The translations under genes and the position numbers were made by a program. From positions 56,978,001 through 57,042,000 of the forward strand of contig CM060731.1 in assembly GCA_030704615.1 (NCBI GenBank): a DNA stretch of 64,000 nucleotides, in the 5' to 3' direction. The stretch is from Takakia lepidozioides (Eukaryota > Plantae > Bryophyta). Under the pieces are notes generated by a model. The model was given only the letters and a program-made list of their open reading frames with translations, did not search any database and was not told the DNA's origin. Below, one piece after another: positions 12,871 through 24,314 of this stretch (the first letter of the stretch is position 1; every line of letters begins with the position of its first letter).

Positions 12871-13534
12871 GAGGCACCGGTGGACTACCTAAGGACTGGC
12901 ATGTGGTCTTGAAGGCCGAATTTTGAAGCTCGTGGAGGGCGGTTTGAGGAGTATCTTCATGATATTCCCATGGTCATGCAAGTGAGGGAAGAGAGGAGAG
13001 GAAGAGTGTTGGGATGAGGGCATGCTGAGGTTAGGCATTGCTTTAGCTTCTCTTCCTCGTAGTTTCCACCCTCTCATTAGGCCAAGACCTTTCTGTAGGT
13101 GGAGGCAAGAGTCAGTCCGGGTTTGGGCTAGGGTGTCTTTGCAGGAGCAACACCGTGGAGTTGTTTTTGGTGTTGGGGAGTTGTCGTTCTGATTTCTTGT
13201 GTTTGGATCCCCTCTATACCTGCATGCTTGACTGTGCGCCATGCTAGTTTTGTGTGGGCGCTTGTTTTTATAGGTGATTGGTCCGGATTTGATCACCGGC
13301 CAGTCCTAGAGCACGCTGTCGATGGTGAGGCTGGGATGATGACCAGCCAAACCATCATTGTTTCTCCTGTGGTGAGGTTGGAGGTGATGACCAGCCAACC
13401 ATAGGAGTGCTTGCGGTGGATGCAGGTACAGGTGTAGGCTATCTTAGGAACTTAGTATTCCAAACCACAAGCCGCAACAGGTTCTCTACCCGATTACCTT
13501 GTGGAGAGGGGGTTAGGGACATGTTCATGACCGG

Positions 13535-14417
13535 TTGAGTGTCAACACGAAGGTGCCACTAGTTGCTGGGGATAGTGACGGTTCGAGCACTAGCAATCCT
13601 AGTGGGTACACGAGACGAGGTGTGCGGTTTAGGCCACATTCACCTCCTGTGTCTTCTACAGAAGGTTCTGATTCAGATTGTGAATCAGGAGGACTCATAC
13701 CGGCGGTGCAAGTTGTTTCCTTGCCATTGTTGTGGGACACAATGGATGAGATGTATGGAGCTACCAAGGGGCCACGAAGGTACTCTGGGGCGGTGGGCAC
13801 CATCGAGTTGGATGATTTTATCCAAGAGTTTGATAGTTGGTGGGATTTGCAGCAAATGCGCAATCCACAACTATTTACGCCTTTCATGGCATGGAAGGGG
13901 CTGTTTCAGCACCTTGAGGGGCCGCCTATGGATGATTACCATGAGTTCAGGCGGGGGCATGAGGTTGAGATCGAGGAGTGGAGGATGTACTGGTCACCCG
14001 ACTATGTCTCCATCACTATGGGCACTAGAGCCACGAGGGCAGTGGCTACACCTGCCGCTGCACTAGCAGCTTCAGCAAGTAGCAATGGGACTAGTGGGAC
14101 TGGTGGTATAGTAGCTATGATGTCCACCCAAGCCACTACCGCACCAGGTTCGCTCGCTCCCCACGTTCCCAGCAAGTGCTAGAGCACTAGTACCCGTGCC
14201 TGCCTTCAACCCTGTTGTGGAGTTCTTCGAAGAGTTGAGAGGGAACTACCAAGGGGTGAGGACAGAGAAGTTGCGGAGCTTGCAAGAGTTCCAACGGAAG
14301 CCGACTGAGAGCTTGAGGGAGGCTTTCACTCGCATGAGGCGCTTGATAAATGTAACCCAAGGGGTTACGGAAGCTCAGGCAGTCCAATTCATTGTCGACG
14401 CTATCCATGGCACCTAA
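13535..14417 (+). pseudogene. gag of the MTase-bearing element (frameshifted)
   Basis: RYSGAVGTIELDDFIQEFDSWW...HLEGPPMDDY and FFEELRGNYQGVRTEKLRSLQEFQRKPTESLREAFTRMRRL (retrotransposon-gag QxxxES motif) in two frames. Confidence 0.65.
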
Positions 14418-14751
14418 TTCTCGCCCGACTGTTACCAAGGCGGAGGTTACTATGCCATTGGGGAGAGCTACACGGGTAGCACCACTACCTAGTGTTGCCA
14501 AGGCTACGGCAGCTAGTGTGCTGCTAGGAGCGGCCACATCTGTGTGTCAGGCTCCATTGTTCTCGGCTACCATGATTGCGACGTCGGGGGTAAGACCAGC
14601 TGAGGTGTTCAGGCTGGCAGCTACACTCTGTGAGAATGGGGAGGTTACTTCATCTTCTGCGGAGATAGTAGGAGGTGTAGTGCCGGAGGGATCCTCGGAT
14701 TTGAGGGTCAAGACTGCCACGGCAGCGCCATGGTAAGTTGTAGCTGCTAGG

Positions 14752-16770
14752 TTGATGGAGCTGCCAGCTAGACCAGCCATTGAGCGCGCCATGGTGACAC
14801 CTGGAGTTGTCATGTTAGACAACCAGGATGGCATTTTCTGTTTGAGTGGACCGGCAGGCAAGAGGTACCGGTCACTGCAGGTCTTGTTGGACTCGGGAGC
14901 TCAGCCATTGATGCTGGGCAGAGCTGCTATTGCAGGCTTAGGCCTCACGGAGGCGGATATGGAGCCTTGTCCTTTCCAGATACAGACGTCTCTGGGAGGA
15001 TCGAAGCAGGCTCGGGGCATGACACGGCGTGAGTTGGCTATCAGACTACGGCCGGATCACCCTACAGATGGCTCAGTGATACGAGCCAAGGCTATTGTGA
15101 CAGACGCGGTCTCATACGATGTCCTCGTTGGTGGGGCAGTGTTGTACCCCATGGGCTTCACCATGGATTTTTGGGAGGAGTCAGCTTCCTATAGGCTTGC
15201 ATGGCAGTCAGGGGAGGGCCGGCGTGTGCAGCTCCCTGTGACGTTCATAGGAGGAGTTGCGGTTGCCCAGCGAGGCAAGATGCCGACACTAGCAACATTC
15301 ACAGCGGCAGTGAATTGGCCTAGAGAGTTGCTTGAGGGCAACGCTCATTCTGTGCCACCTCTGGGAGAGCAGGATGACATGTATGGTATGGCGGAGTTGC
15401 CTACCATGGTTGCTCAGACGCCATTGTGGGGCACGAACAAGGATTTGCAGCGGGATGCTGATCGACGGGTGCAACAAGCCTGGGTGGAGGCTTTTGTACC
15501 GTCAGGAGAGGAGGAGAGTGCGGGGATTGCACCAGGACCACCTCAGTTGTCTCCATTGGACACCACACCTATTGTGTGGCGGTATCCGGATGAAGGCATT
15601 TGTCTTCTGGACTTGTTTGGCGGGATCAACACCGGATTGGCTGATGTGTTACAGGCAGGTGTACGAGTTCGGCGTTACCTGTATGTGGAGAGGGATGAGA
15701 CTGCACGACGCATTTCACTTCGCCATGTTGCTCAGTTTGTGCAGCGGTACCCTAAGTTATTGTCGATGTCTGTATTTCATGGATATCAGCAGGCCTTGCC
15801 AGCAGACATTTCATTGCTGGGGGCGCAGGATTTGGAGCCGGTTGGCTCCATTGATCTGGTAGTGGCAGGTTGGCCCTGCCAAGGGCATTCATCAGCCGGG
15901 CATGGCAATGGATTGCGAGACTCGAGGTCGGGTCTGTTTTGGGAGATGGTGCGGGTTTTGCGCCACTTGCAGCTTCATCAAGCTGTATCTCCAGCATACA
16001 TCTTGGAGAATGTGTCACTGATGGGCGATTCTCGGGCCAAGGTGATGGCCAGTGTGCATCAAGTCTGGTCGTGGCTTGGGTCAGCAGTGTTGCTAGATGC
16101 AGCTACAGTGGGGTCACGGGCTCATCGTCCACGGCTATGGTGGACTAACTTGATGCCACCCGCACTGCTCAAGCGTGCATTTGATGGGGTGCAGCGGCCA
16201 GCACATCTCACAGTGGATAGCATTCTGGACACAGGGAGGCAGTCTCAGCATGTGAGACACGATGACCGTTCGCCTTTGGCAGTGATCAACAAGGTGGGTC
16301 AACCACGAGCAGCATTACCTACACCGCTCAGCTTCCCAGGATCGCATGCTTTCCGGGATAGTGGACCTGGCCTCCTGTGGGATGCTCAGATGCAGCAGTT
16401 AGTGGAGCCTAATGTTGACAAGCGTGAGCGGGCAATGGGTTTTACCACTGGTACCGCGGTGGTGTCGTCTCTTTCTGAGGCATCACGTCGTCAAGTGTTG
16501 GGGCAAGCAATGGATCTCAATTGCTTGACCTGGATTATCAGCTTGGCTATGGCTGAGCAACGTGTGAGGACCATGGGGTGCAGTCATCCATGGCACACGT
16601 GGGAGGTGCTCGAGGTTCAGAGAGAGTTGGCAGCCAAGGTGGCGATGAAAGATGAGGTTGGGGATTTTTCTCGGGTGGAGGAAGTCCTTGAGGATGAGAT
16701 GATGGGGCAAGATGAGGCCTTGTCACTGACTGAACAGGTAGGGAGTACTGTTCAAGAGGTTGCAACATAG
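14752..16770 (+). CDS. Aspartic protease + DNMT3-like cytosine-5 DNA methyltransferase segment of the polyprotein
   Basis: VLLDSGA (14881) and YDVLVG protease motifs; MTase motifs I LDLFGGINTG, II YVERD, III DI, IV DLVVAGWPCQGHS (PC at 15874-15879), VI YILENV (16006), VIII SRAHRPRLWWTN, IX RERAMGF, X RRQVLGQAM. Confidence 0.92.
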   Translation: MMELPARPAIERAMVTPGVVMLDNQDGIFCLSGPAGKRYRSLQVLLDSGAQPLMLGRAAIAGLGLTEADMEPCPFQIQTSLGGSKQARGMTRRELAIRLRPDHPTDGSVIRAKAIVTDAVSYDVLVGGAVLYPMGFTMDFWEESASYRLAWQSGEGRRVQLPVTFIGGVAVAQRGKMPTLATFTAAVNWPRELLEGNAHSVPPLGEQDDMYGMAELPTMVAQTPLWGTNKDLQRDADRRVQQAWVEAFVPSGEEESAGIAPGPPQLSPLDTTPIVWRYPDEGICLLDLFGGINTGLADVLQAGVRVRRYLYVERDETARRISLRHVAQFVQRYPKLLSMSVFHGYQQALPADISLLGAQDLEPVGSIDLVVAGWPCQGHSSAGHGNGLRDSRSGLFWEMVRVLRHLQLHQAVSPAYILENVSLMGDSRAKVMASVHQVWSWLGSAVLLDAATVGSRAHRPRLWWTNLMPPALLKRAFDGVQRPAHLTVDSILDTGRQSQHVRHDDRSPLAVINKVGQPRAALPTPLSFPGSHAFRDSGPGLLWDAQMQQLVEPNVDKRERAMGFTTGTAVVSSLSEASRRQVLGQAMDLNCLTWIISLAMAEQRVRTMGCSHPWHTWEVLEVQRELAAKVAMKDEVGDFSRVEEVLEDEMMGQDEALSLTEQVGSTVQEVAT

Positions 16771-19700
16771 CAACCACTGGACGCGTCCTCTACCTCTAAG
16801 CCCACTGGACTTAAGGTTGCAGTTACGGAGGACAATTGGGAGCCTGACATTGGACCCATTGTCACCGGAGGAGAGAGACGATGTATACGGCGGTTCTTGA
16901 GGGCTTACAGGAATTGCTTTGCCTTCAGTTTGAAGGACTTGGGAGCACTGAAGGGTCAAGAGATCCGTATTGAGTTGGCCACTGACACGTCAATCTTTCG
17001 GAGACCCTATAGATACAGTGACATGGAGAGGTCTTTGATTCAGATGAGGACTCAAGATCTCTGGGAGGCAGGTTTGGTGGAGCTCTCTGGTGGAGAGTAT
17101 GCTTCAGCCACAGTGAAGCCAGCCAAGAAGGATGTCTATGGCAATTGGACGGAGAGACGTATGTGCGGTGATTACCGGCCTGTAAATCGTCAGACCAAGT
17201 CTGATAAGTATGCCATGCCAACACCAGAGGAGATCTTTGATGCCATCAAGCATGCTAAGGTCTTTAGCACTTTGGATTTACGATCCGGATATCACCAGTT
17301 GCCAATCAAGGAGGCGGACAAGCAGAAGACGACATTCTGGGAGATCAATGAGCACGGCAAGGATTGTCTATATCAGTGGCGGTTCTTACCATTTGGGCTT
17401 AAGAATGCTCATGCAGAGTTTCAGAGAGTCATGGATAGGATTCTAGCAGGGGTGGACTTTGCTCGGTGCTACATAGATGACATCATCATCTTTAGTGTTA
17501 CGATGGAAAAGCATGAAAGATACCTTCAGGTGGTATTGGAGCGCTTGAGAGCGCACGAATTGAAGTTGCATCCGGGGAAGTGCAAGTTTTTCCACAACCA
17601 GATTGAGTATCTGGGTCACATGATATATCCTGGAGGATTGGGGATACAGCAGACTAAGGTAGAGGCCATTGCACAAATTCCACGCCCCACGGATGTGAGC
17701 CGAGTTCGAGCTTTCATGGGGTTGGCAAACTATTATAGACGGTTTGTCAAGGGATTTAGTACCATTGCAAAGGCTCTAACCAAGCTGACCAAGGTGGACC
17801 AGGAGTGGCAGTGGGAAGATGAGCAGGAACGGGCTTTTCAAGAGCTCATGGCGAGGTTGACCTCGGCGCCTATCCTGAGACGACCTATCAGGGGGCGTCC
17901 CTTTCAGCTGCATACGGATTGGAGCATGCTGGGGCTTGGAGCGGTGCTCACACAGGTGGATGATGAGGGAAGAGAGTTTGTAGTGGCTTATGCTAGCCGC
18001 TCGAACAACTCTGCAGAGGCTAAGTACAACTCATATGAGGGAGAGTGCTTAGCTGCAGTGTGGGCCGTGACACACTTCAGGTGCTATCTATACGGCAATT
18101 TTTTCACCCTTGTCATGGATCACCAGCCACTCAAGTGGTTGATGGAGTTAGACAAGCTTACGGGGAAGCTTGCACGGTGGGCACTCATACTCCAAGAGTA
18201 TGACTTTCAAGTTGTGCATCGACCGGGTTTGGTCAATCGGGATGCAGATGGATTGAGTCGCAATCCATGCATGAGCCAGCATGATGACATTGGAGCTCCG
18301 TGGCATGGTGAGACGGACGAGGAGATGGTGCCAGGATGGCACGCATCTGCATTTTTGTGTATCTTGGCATCGGGAGGTCAGGTTGGACCTACAACAGGGA
18401 TGACTGTAGACGGAGTGTCTGAGGACCCTGAGGCTAGTGATGAGCCAGGTGGTGCCAGAGATATACATGAGGATTCGGCTGTGTTGGACTACCTCCGCAC
18501 GGGAGACACGGCAGCCACTGTGACTGCCAGGGAGAGGGATCGGATCCTGCAACGAGCCAAGAGGTTCAAGTAGGAGGGGATACACCTACTTTGAGTGTGG
18601 GAGGATGGTCGGGTGAGGATTGTGCCTCACCCCACACAACGTGCACGGTTAGTGCAGCATGCCCATGAGGAGTTAGGACATTTTGGAGTGCGATGCACTC
18701 AGAGTTTACTGCAAGGGCAGTATTGGTGGCGTGGTATGCATATAGAGGTGCAACAATTCATGGCTAGGTGCATGGTGTGTGACAGGGTGCGTGCTTCATT
18801 CAACACCCCTACACCACAGCTGCATCTTTTACCAATCATGGGATTGGGCTACAGGTGGAGTCTTGACTTCGCAGGACCGTTGCCACTGACTATGCGCCAC
18901 CACAGATATGTGTTGGTGATGGTGGAGCACTTCTCCAAGTGGATTGAGTTGGTTCCATTGCCTGAAAAGGCCAGTGAGGGGGCTGCGTATGCATTCTTGG
19001 ATCGTGTGCTTAGCCGATTTGGTGCTCCAGCTGAGGTACTCACGGACCAAGGGAGAGAGTTCTTGGGGAGTTTCAGGCTTTGTGTGATAAAACCTTGATA
19101 GACCACCGCACCACTTCTCGGGATCATCCTGAGGCCGATGGCTTAGCAGAGAGAGTTGTTCAGACGGTGAAAATGGGTTTGCGCAAATATGGCTTGCAGA
19201 AGGGACATCTAGGAGATTGGGATCTTCAGGTTCCTTGCTTAGCCATGGGCTACAGGTTCAGCAAACAAGCATCACTTGCCTCCTTCTCACCATATTTCCT
19301 TCTCTTTGGCCAAGAACCGGATTTGCCTGCAGCCATTTGTAGGGACACTACTCAAGTCCTTAACCTTGACGATCCGGACGTGTGGGTACGTGCATCTGAT
19401 CAGCGTGCAGAGTTGTTCAAGAAAGTCATGCCCATGGCTTTTGAGAACCTTGCCATTGCACAGCACTGTGATACGTTGAGGTATGTCACTATACGTGGTG
19501 GAGGATATCGTCCTGGGGTTCGGAGGTTTAGCCCTGGTGACTATGTTTATTTGCAGCAGACTGCTCCTACGACTCTAGATGTTACTGCAGGACGTGTTAT
19601 TCTGAGGGTTCGAGAGGTGTTGCCCTCAGGGGTCCTGATCTTGGAGGGTCGGGATGGCATGACTTGGAAGGACCATGTGCGTAATTGTGCGCCATGTCAC

Positions 19701-19904
19701 CTTCCCAATGTCGATGGCAGAGTTGACCCAAACTTGGCAGTGGTACTTGCAGGTTTGAGGTGCATGCTCTGTGGGTCTACCAAAGGGGCAGCCACCATGC
19801 TGGTGTGTGATCGATGCTCAAGGGGTTGGCATATGGGATGCTTGACACCACCTCTTGAGAAGGTTCCTGACGGAGATTGGTTGTGTCCACACTGCTTGGG
19901 ATAG
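16771..19904 (+). pseudogene. RT-RNaseH-integrase-PHD segment of the polyprotein
   Basis: In frame with the MTase ORF after TAG 16768-70; [22 protein letters not shown]; RNaseH TDWS, ECLA, DHQPL, DADGLSR; IN H-x4-H..CMVC, LDFAGP, TDQGREF, GLAER; C4HC3 PHD at 19761-19895; stops at 18571 and 18592, frameshift ~19068. Confidence 0.93.
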
Positions 19905-20720
19905 TGGCAGTGGACATGACTGGAGGCAGCTAACAAGACATGGGAGGCCAAGCTCATAGGAGTCAATACATGAGATCCCAAGCTCAAGTTCACAAGTTGC
20001 AAGACGACGACTAACGATGGGGCAACTCTTGCACCCGGCCTCTTGATCTATCGAGTTTGAGTGTAGTAGGGATAGTGGTGGAGGACTTAGTGAGGCTATG
20101 GTCACTATCACATCTTGTGGCTACCTGGACTTAGAGGGACCTAAGCACCAGCTAGGGGGGCGATTGTGTGGACTAGTGACTGCCATAGTGGGCAGCATAG
20201 TGGCAGCCTAGTGACTGACTAGTTGTAGCCTAGTGGTTGGACTAGTGGTATACTAGTGTGTGGTGTGCACATGTGTTGTGTGGTTTTGGACAACGATGTA
20301 GTTGTGTAGCGATATGTATGCGCACGACATCTGTCAAGTTATTTTACCACTAGTGTGAAACTAGCTAGGAAATAGCTAGCTTTTACATATTGACATTTGG
20401 GATTGGCCCAAGTGTCAATCCAGGGGTCAAGGCAGAGTTAGGCCCTAGAGTGGTTATCTTCACGGCAAGCGCGGGAGGCTCATCTTTCTCGAGTTGAGCC
20501 TCACCACGCCTAGCTATGGCGCCGTAGTGTGGATTCCCCATGGCGTGGGGTGCACTTGGCTTGACTTGTATTTGAGTGATGAGGTTCTATATGCATGAGT
20601 TTATGCTTCAGTTTTGTGAGCTCGCATGAGCTTGTGCTTGTATTCTTCTTCTTTATCATTGTGTGGACTAATGACTGCCATAGGCTACAACTAGTCAGTC
20701 ACTAGGCTGCCACTATGCTT

Positions 20721-21480
20721 GCCGATTGCTCCAATTGTGGTGTGTTATGGCTTGAAATATTTCTAACAACTAGTGTGATCAAGTTATGGTGTCCTTCTGA
20801 GCTCTGAATTTTCTTAAGGGGTTGTGGTCTGGCCCCCAACAGATTTACAGTTCAAGTTTCCGGACGTTCAGGTATTCAGATGGGCCTATCTCCTTGCCAA
20901 TCGCTCCAATTGTGGTGTGCTATGGCTTGAAACATTTCTAACAACTAGTGTGATCAAGTTATGGTGGCCTCCTAAGCTCTGAATTTTCTTAAGGGATTTT
21001 GGTCTGGCCCCCAACAGATCTGCACTTGTAGTTCAAGTTTCCGGACGTTCAACTATTCAGATGGGCCTCTCTCCTTGCCAATTGCTACAATTGTGGTGTG
21101 CTATGGCTTGAAACATTTCTAACAACTAGTGTGATCAAGTTATGGTGGCCTCTTGAGCTCTGAATTTTCTTAAGGGGTTGTGGTCTGGCCCCCAACAGAT
21201 CTGCACTTGTAGTTCAAGTTTCCGGATGTTCAACTATTCAGATGGGCCTATCTCCTTGCCAATTGCTCCAATGTGGTGTGCTATGGCTTGAAAAAATTCT
21301 AACAACTAGTGTGATCAAATTATGGTGGCCTCCTAAGCTTTGAATTTTCTAAGGGGTTGTGGTCTGGCCCCCAACAGATCTGCACTTGTTGTTCAAGTTT
21401 CCGAACGTATAGGTACTCAAATGGGCCTATCTTCTTGCCAACTGCTCTAGTTTGGGTGGGCTATGGCTTGATGGATCTGT
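20721..21480. repeat. Tandem satellite, ~180-bp unit, 4 full copies plus a partial
   Basis: Unit gccaattgctccaattgtggtgtgctatggcttgaaacatttctaacaactagtgtgatcaagttatgg... starts at ~20721, 20896, 21077, 21258 and 21437. Confidence 0.92.
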
Positions 21481-21539
21481 TACAAGTCGTCAATCCTTGG
21501 CAAAGGGTACCGGTTTTTTATAGTCACCTTATTTAGAGC

Positions 21540-24312
21540 CCTGTAATCGACACACATCCGCAGAGTCCCATTCTTATTGTCTGCGAATAGCACCGGGGCT
21601 CCGTAAGGTGACTTACTCAGCCGGATGTACCCCTTTGACATTACGCTGGGCCTTCAGCTCGACCAATTCTCTGTGGCTCAACCGGTAGGGCGCCTTAGCA
21701 GGCGGCTCCGATCCCGGTATCACCTCTATCTTGTGATCAACTCCTCTGGTAAATCCTCCGGCATCACATCCTGATATTTCTCCAGGATCCAATCTGGGCT
21801 CGGCTCCCTATCGACTTCTCCTTCCACTTGTCTTACGTAAAGCAAAAACTGGGGTTCGTGTGGCTCCTCCACGACCCACTCCTTTGCTGTCAGCAGGTTT
21901 ATTTGCCCTCCCACTCGATTGGGCATTTCCGACATCCGTAAAACTTCGCCACTTCCCCACACGATAGCGTGATTACTCTCTTGCGGCCATCTATGACCGC
22001 TTTGGATTTGCTCAAAAAGGTCATCCCCAAAATGAGATCCACTCCATCGATCTCGCAAATGGTGAAGTTCTCACGTCCCTCCCAATCCCCGAGCTGAAGA
22101 GGAACATCGAATGCCAACCTCGTCGCCAGTTGTGGTTCTCCTTTGGTAAAACGCACTTCAATAGAGGCCCCCACATCACTTGTCGGGAGCCCCAGCTTCC
22201 GTGCCGTTGCCGGTGTCATGAAGGAGTGCGACGCTACTGTGTCCACCAACAACCACTACAACAGATCGCGATATTTATGACTGTATATATGACTATTCTG
22301 TAGTCATAAACGATACATATGACTTCTATGACTATAAGTCGTGCAAACCAAGTGAATACAATGAGTACGGTCCGGATGACTACAGTCAGTAAACCAAGTG
22401 ATATCTCTCACTACAGTCATATATACCATACTGCAGTCGCCGCTGCCGCGCCACGTGGCGAGGCGCAATTGATTGAAAAAATAAAATAAAATTTCAAAAC
22501 AATTTCAAAAATTTAAAAAAATGTCTAATGCCACCGCATTGTGCCACATGACATAATACATTTTATAATAATGAAAAAAACCACGTGGCAGCCCATCTAA
22601 GGTGCCACGTGCTATCCCTAGCTCGCATACTAATCCTAGGGCCATCTTATCCATTTGATTGTACTTAGAGGAGTTTGAACCTCCAACCTTTTTACTATAA
22701 GAGTTATAGTTCACTACCTGCTAACCAATACACCCATTAGTCATTTATGTAATCATATGGTGTTTTAATTGTATTATACACACCAAATTACAAAATCCCC
22801 AGTAGTCATCATGACTATGTAACCTCATCCATGTACATTGTAGTCATGGAAATGACTATCAGTGGTGAGCTAAATCTGGTCAATTGTCGTTGATCAGCCT
22901 TCCGCCCATTCCGGAGTCATGTAGTCATACAGACGACTACTTAGATAGTCGTTTATATGACTACAGTCGTATGAACGACTACGGGAGGTCAATTTCATAT
23001 AAAAACATGGTGCAGTCATGATCAAAGTCAAGAAAACCATGACTACCATGGTTTGGCAGTCATAATTATCGCGATCTGTTGTAGTGAACGACACGTTAGT
23101 TCCGGAAATTATCCCACTCATGAACATTAACTGACTCCCTTTACGCAAAGGGGCAGTCTCCTGATACAACTCACAAGTCTAGTTGCATATCTTGCAATTC
23201 TTGGCGACTACCGCCTCTACCAAGCGGTTGATGGACTCTTCGGACAGCTCCGTGGTCGCCCCAGTCATATTCAATTGTTGGGGTTTCGCGCACTTCTTGG
23301 CCATGTGCCCGGGCTCCCCGCAATTAAAGCACACTCCATTGAATGTCGCATTTTGTCCACCATAAGCCGCCGCACCTGATTTTCCTTTCGGAGCACCGAG
23401 TGTTGCTTTGACGTGTGAAGGCCCTCCCTTCAATTTCCATGTGCCATTGTCGCCGCGTGGCCTATCCCACTTCTTTTCCGGTCGAAAAAAGTCATCCTCC
23501 CGCTGGACCTTCTTGTGGTTCAGCTCCGTACGGCCTTGTCTTTCGCCCCTAGGGACATCCGAGAAACATTCAGCCATTTCAATTGTCTCATTTAAAGTCT
23601 TAGGTGGCTTCTCCTCCAACTTCCACCTGGCCCATGGGGCCAATCCCGCCATAAAGTTGAAGACCATTTTTGGTTCCGCAATATCCGCGACTTCAAGCAA
23701 CAGCACATTGAAAGCCTGAACATATCCCCGAATGTCATCCGTTTGCTTCAAATTCCTCGTCTTGTCTCGGGTGACCCAGGACGCGTTGAGGGGCACAAAC
23801 TGTTTTTTCATAAGTTCCTTGAACCCACTCCAGCTCAAAATTTCTGGGTTTGAACCTTGGTCATGAAGGCGTTTCTGCCACCGTTGTTGAGCATAGCTCC
23901 TCAAATAGGTGGGAGCCACTTCCACCCGATCCTCACGGTCACTCAACTTGGCCGCCCGGAAGTACTGCTCTAGCTCCAAGAGCCAAGTGTTGAGTGCCTT
24001 CCGATTTCGGACGCCCTCGAAGGTGCCGGGTTCTTTAGGCTTTACCTTAAACTTTGCCTTAGTGAAAGTGGCATTAGCCGCCTTCAACACATCTTTCAAT
24101 GTCCCACCAAACTGCGCGAACAACCCTTCCCAAAAGGCTGCTGGCATGGAAGACATCTGTTGGTCTGGCGGAGCCTCTGGGAAGTCCTCGGGCTCCGACT
24201 CCCAAAATTCTTCCCGTTCTTGAGCGGCCTCGCTTTCAGAAGCATGAATTGCCTCTTCCAATTGCCGCTTCGGTGACACGTCGCCCCCATCAGGCTCACC
24301 ACAACCCCGCAA
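21540..24312 (-). mobile_element. Ty3/gypsy fragment: gag + protease + start of RT
   Basis: ORF 23179..24312 gag with PGTFEG, LKQTDDIRGYV and CFNCGEPGHMAKKC zinc knuckle; protease LVDTVASHSF..VDLILGMTFL; LEKYQDVMPEDLP and downstream APYR / SKSPYGAP pre-RT motifs. Confidence 0.88.
22254..23086. mobile_element. Non-autonomous CACTA DNA transposon inserted in the gypsy protease
   Basis: TIRs CACTACAACAGATCGCGATA... / ...TATCGCGATCTGTTGTAGTG (~30 bp); 3-bp TSD AAC (22251-53, 23087-89); subterminal gacta/tagtc repeats; excision restores GIISGTNVS-LLVDT. Confidence 0.95.
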
Positions 24313-24314
24313 CC

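Larger units (their letters stand above)
10572..20658 (+). mobile_element. Ty3/gypsy LTR retrotransposon encoding a C5-DNA methyltransferase and a PHD finger (decayed copy, LTRs incomplete)
   Basis: Direct repeat 10572-10898 / 20332-20658 (327 bp, about 10 mismatches by eye); gag, PR, MTase, RT, RNaseH, IN, PHD in gypsy order; PPT-like agggggg-cgat followed by TG at 20165; no TSD or clear PBS found. Confidence 0.9.

Noticed and set aside
12278-12877. PQATGHSLSQ repeat proteins on the minus strand
   Set aside because: Translation artefacts of the minisatellite
15595-16550. Host DNMT3/DRM gene or bacterial restriction-modification methylase
   Set aside because: Intronless, in frame with retroelement protease and RT, present in two TE copies; motifs are not permuted as in DRM; no endonuclease or operon context
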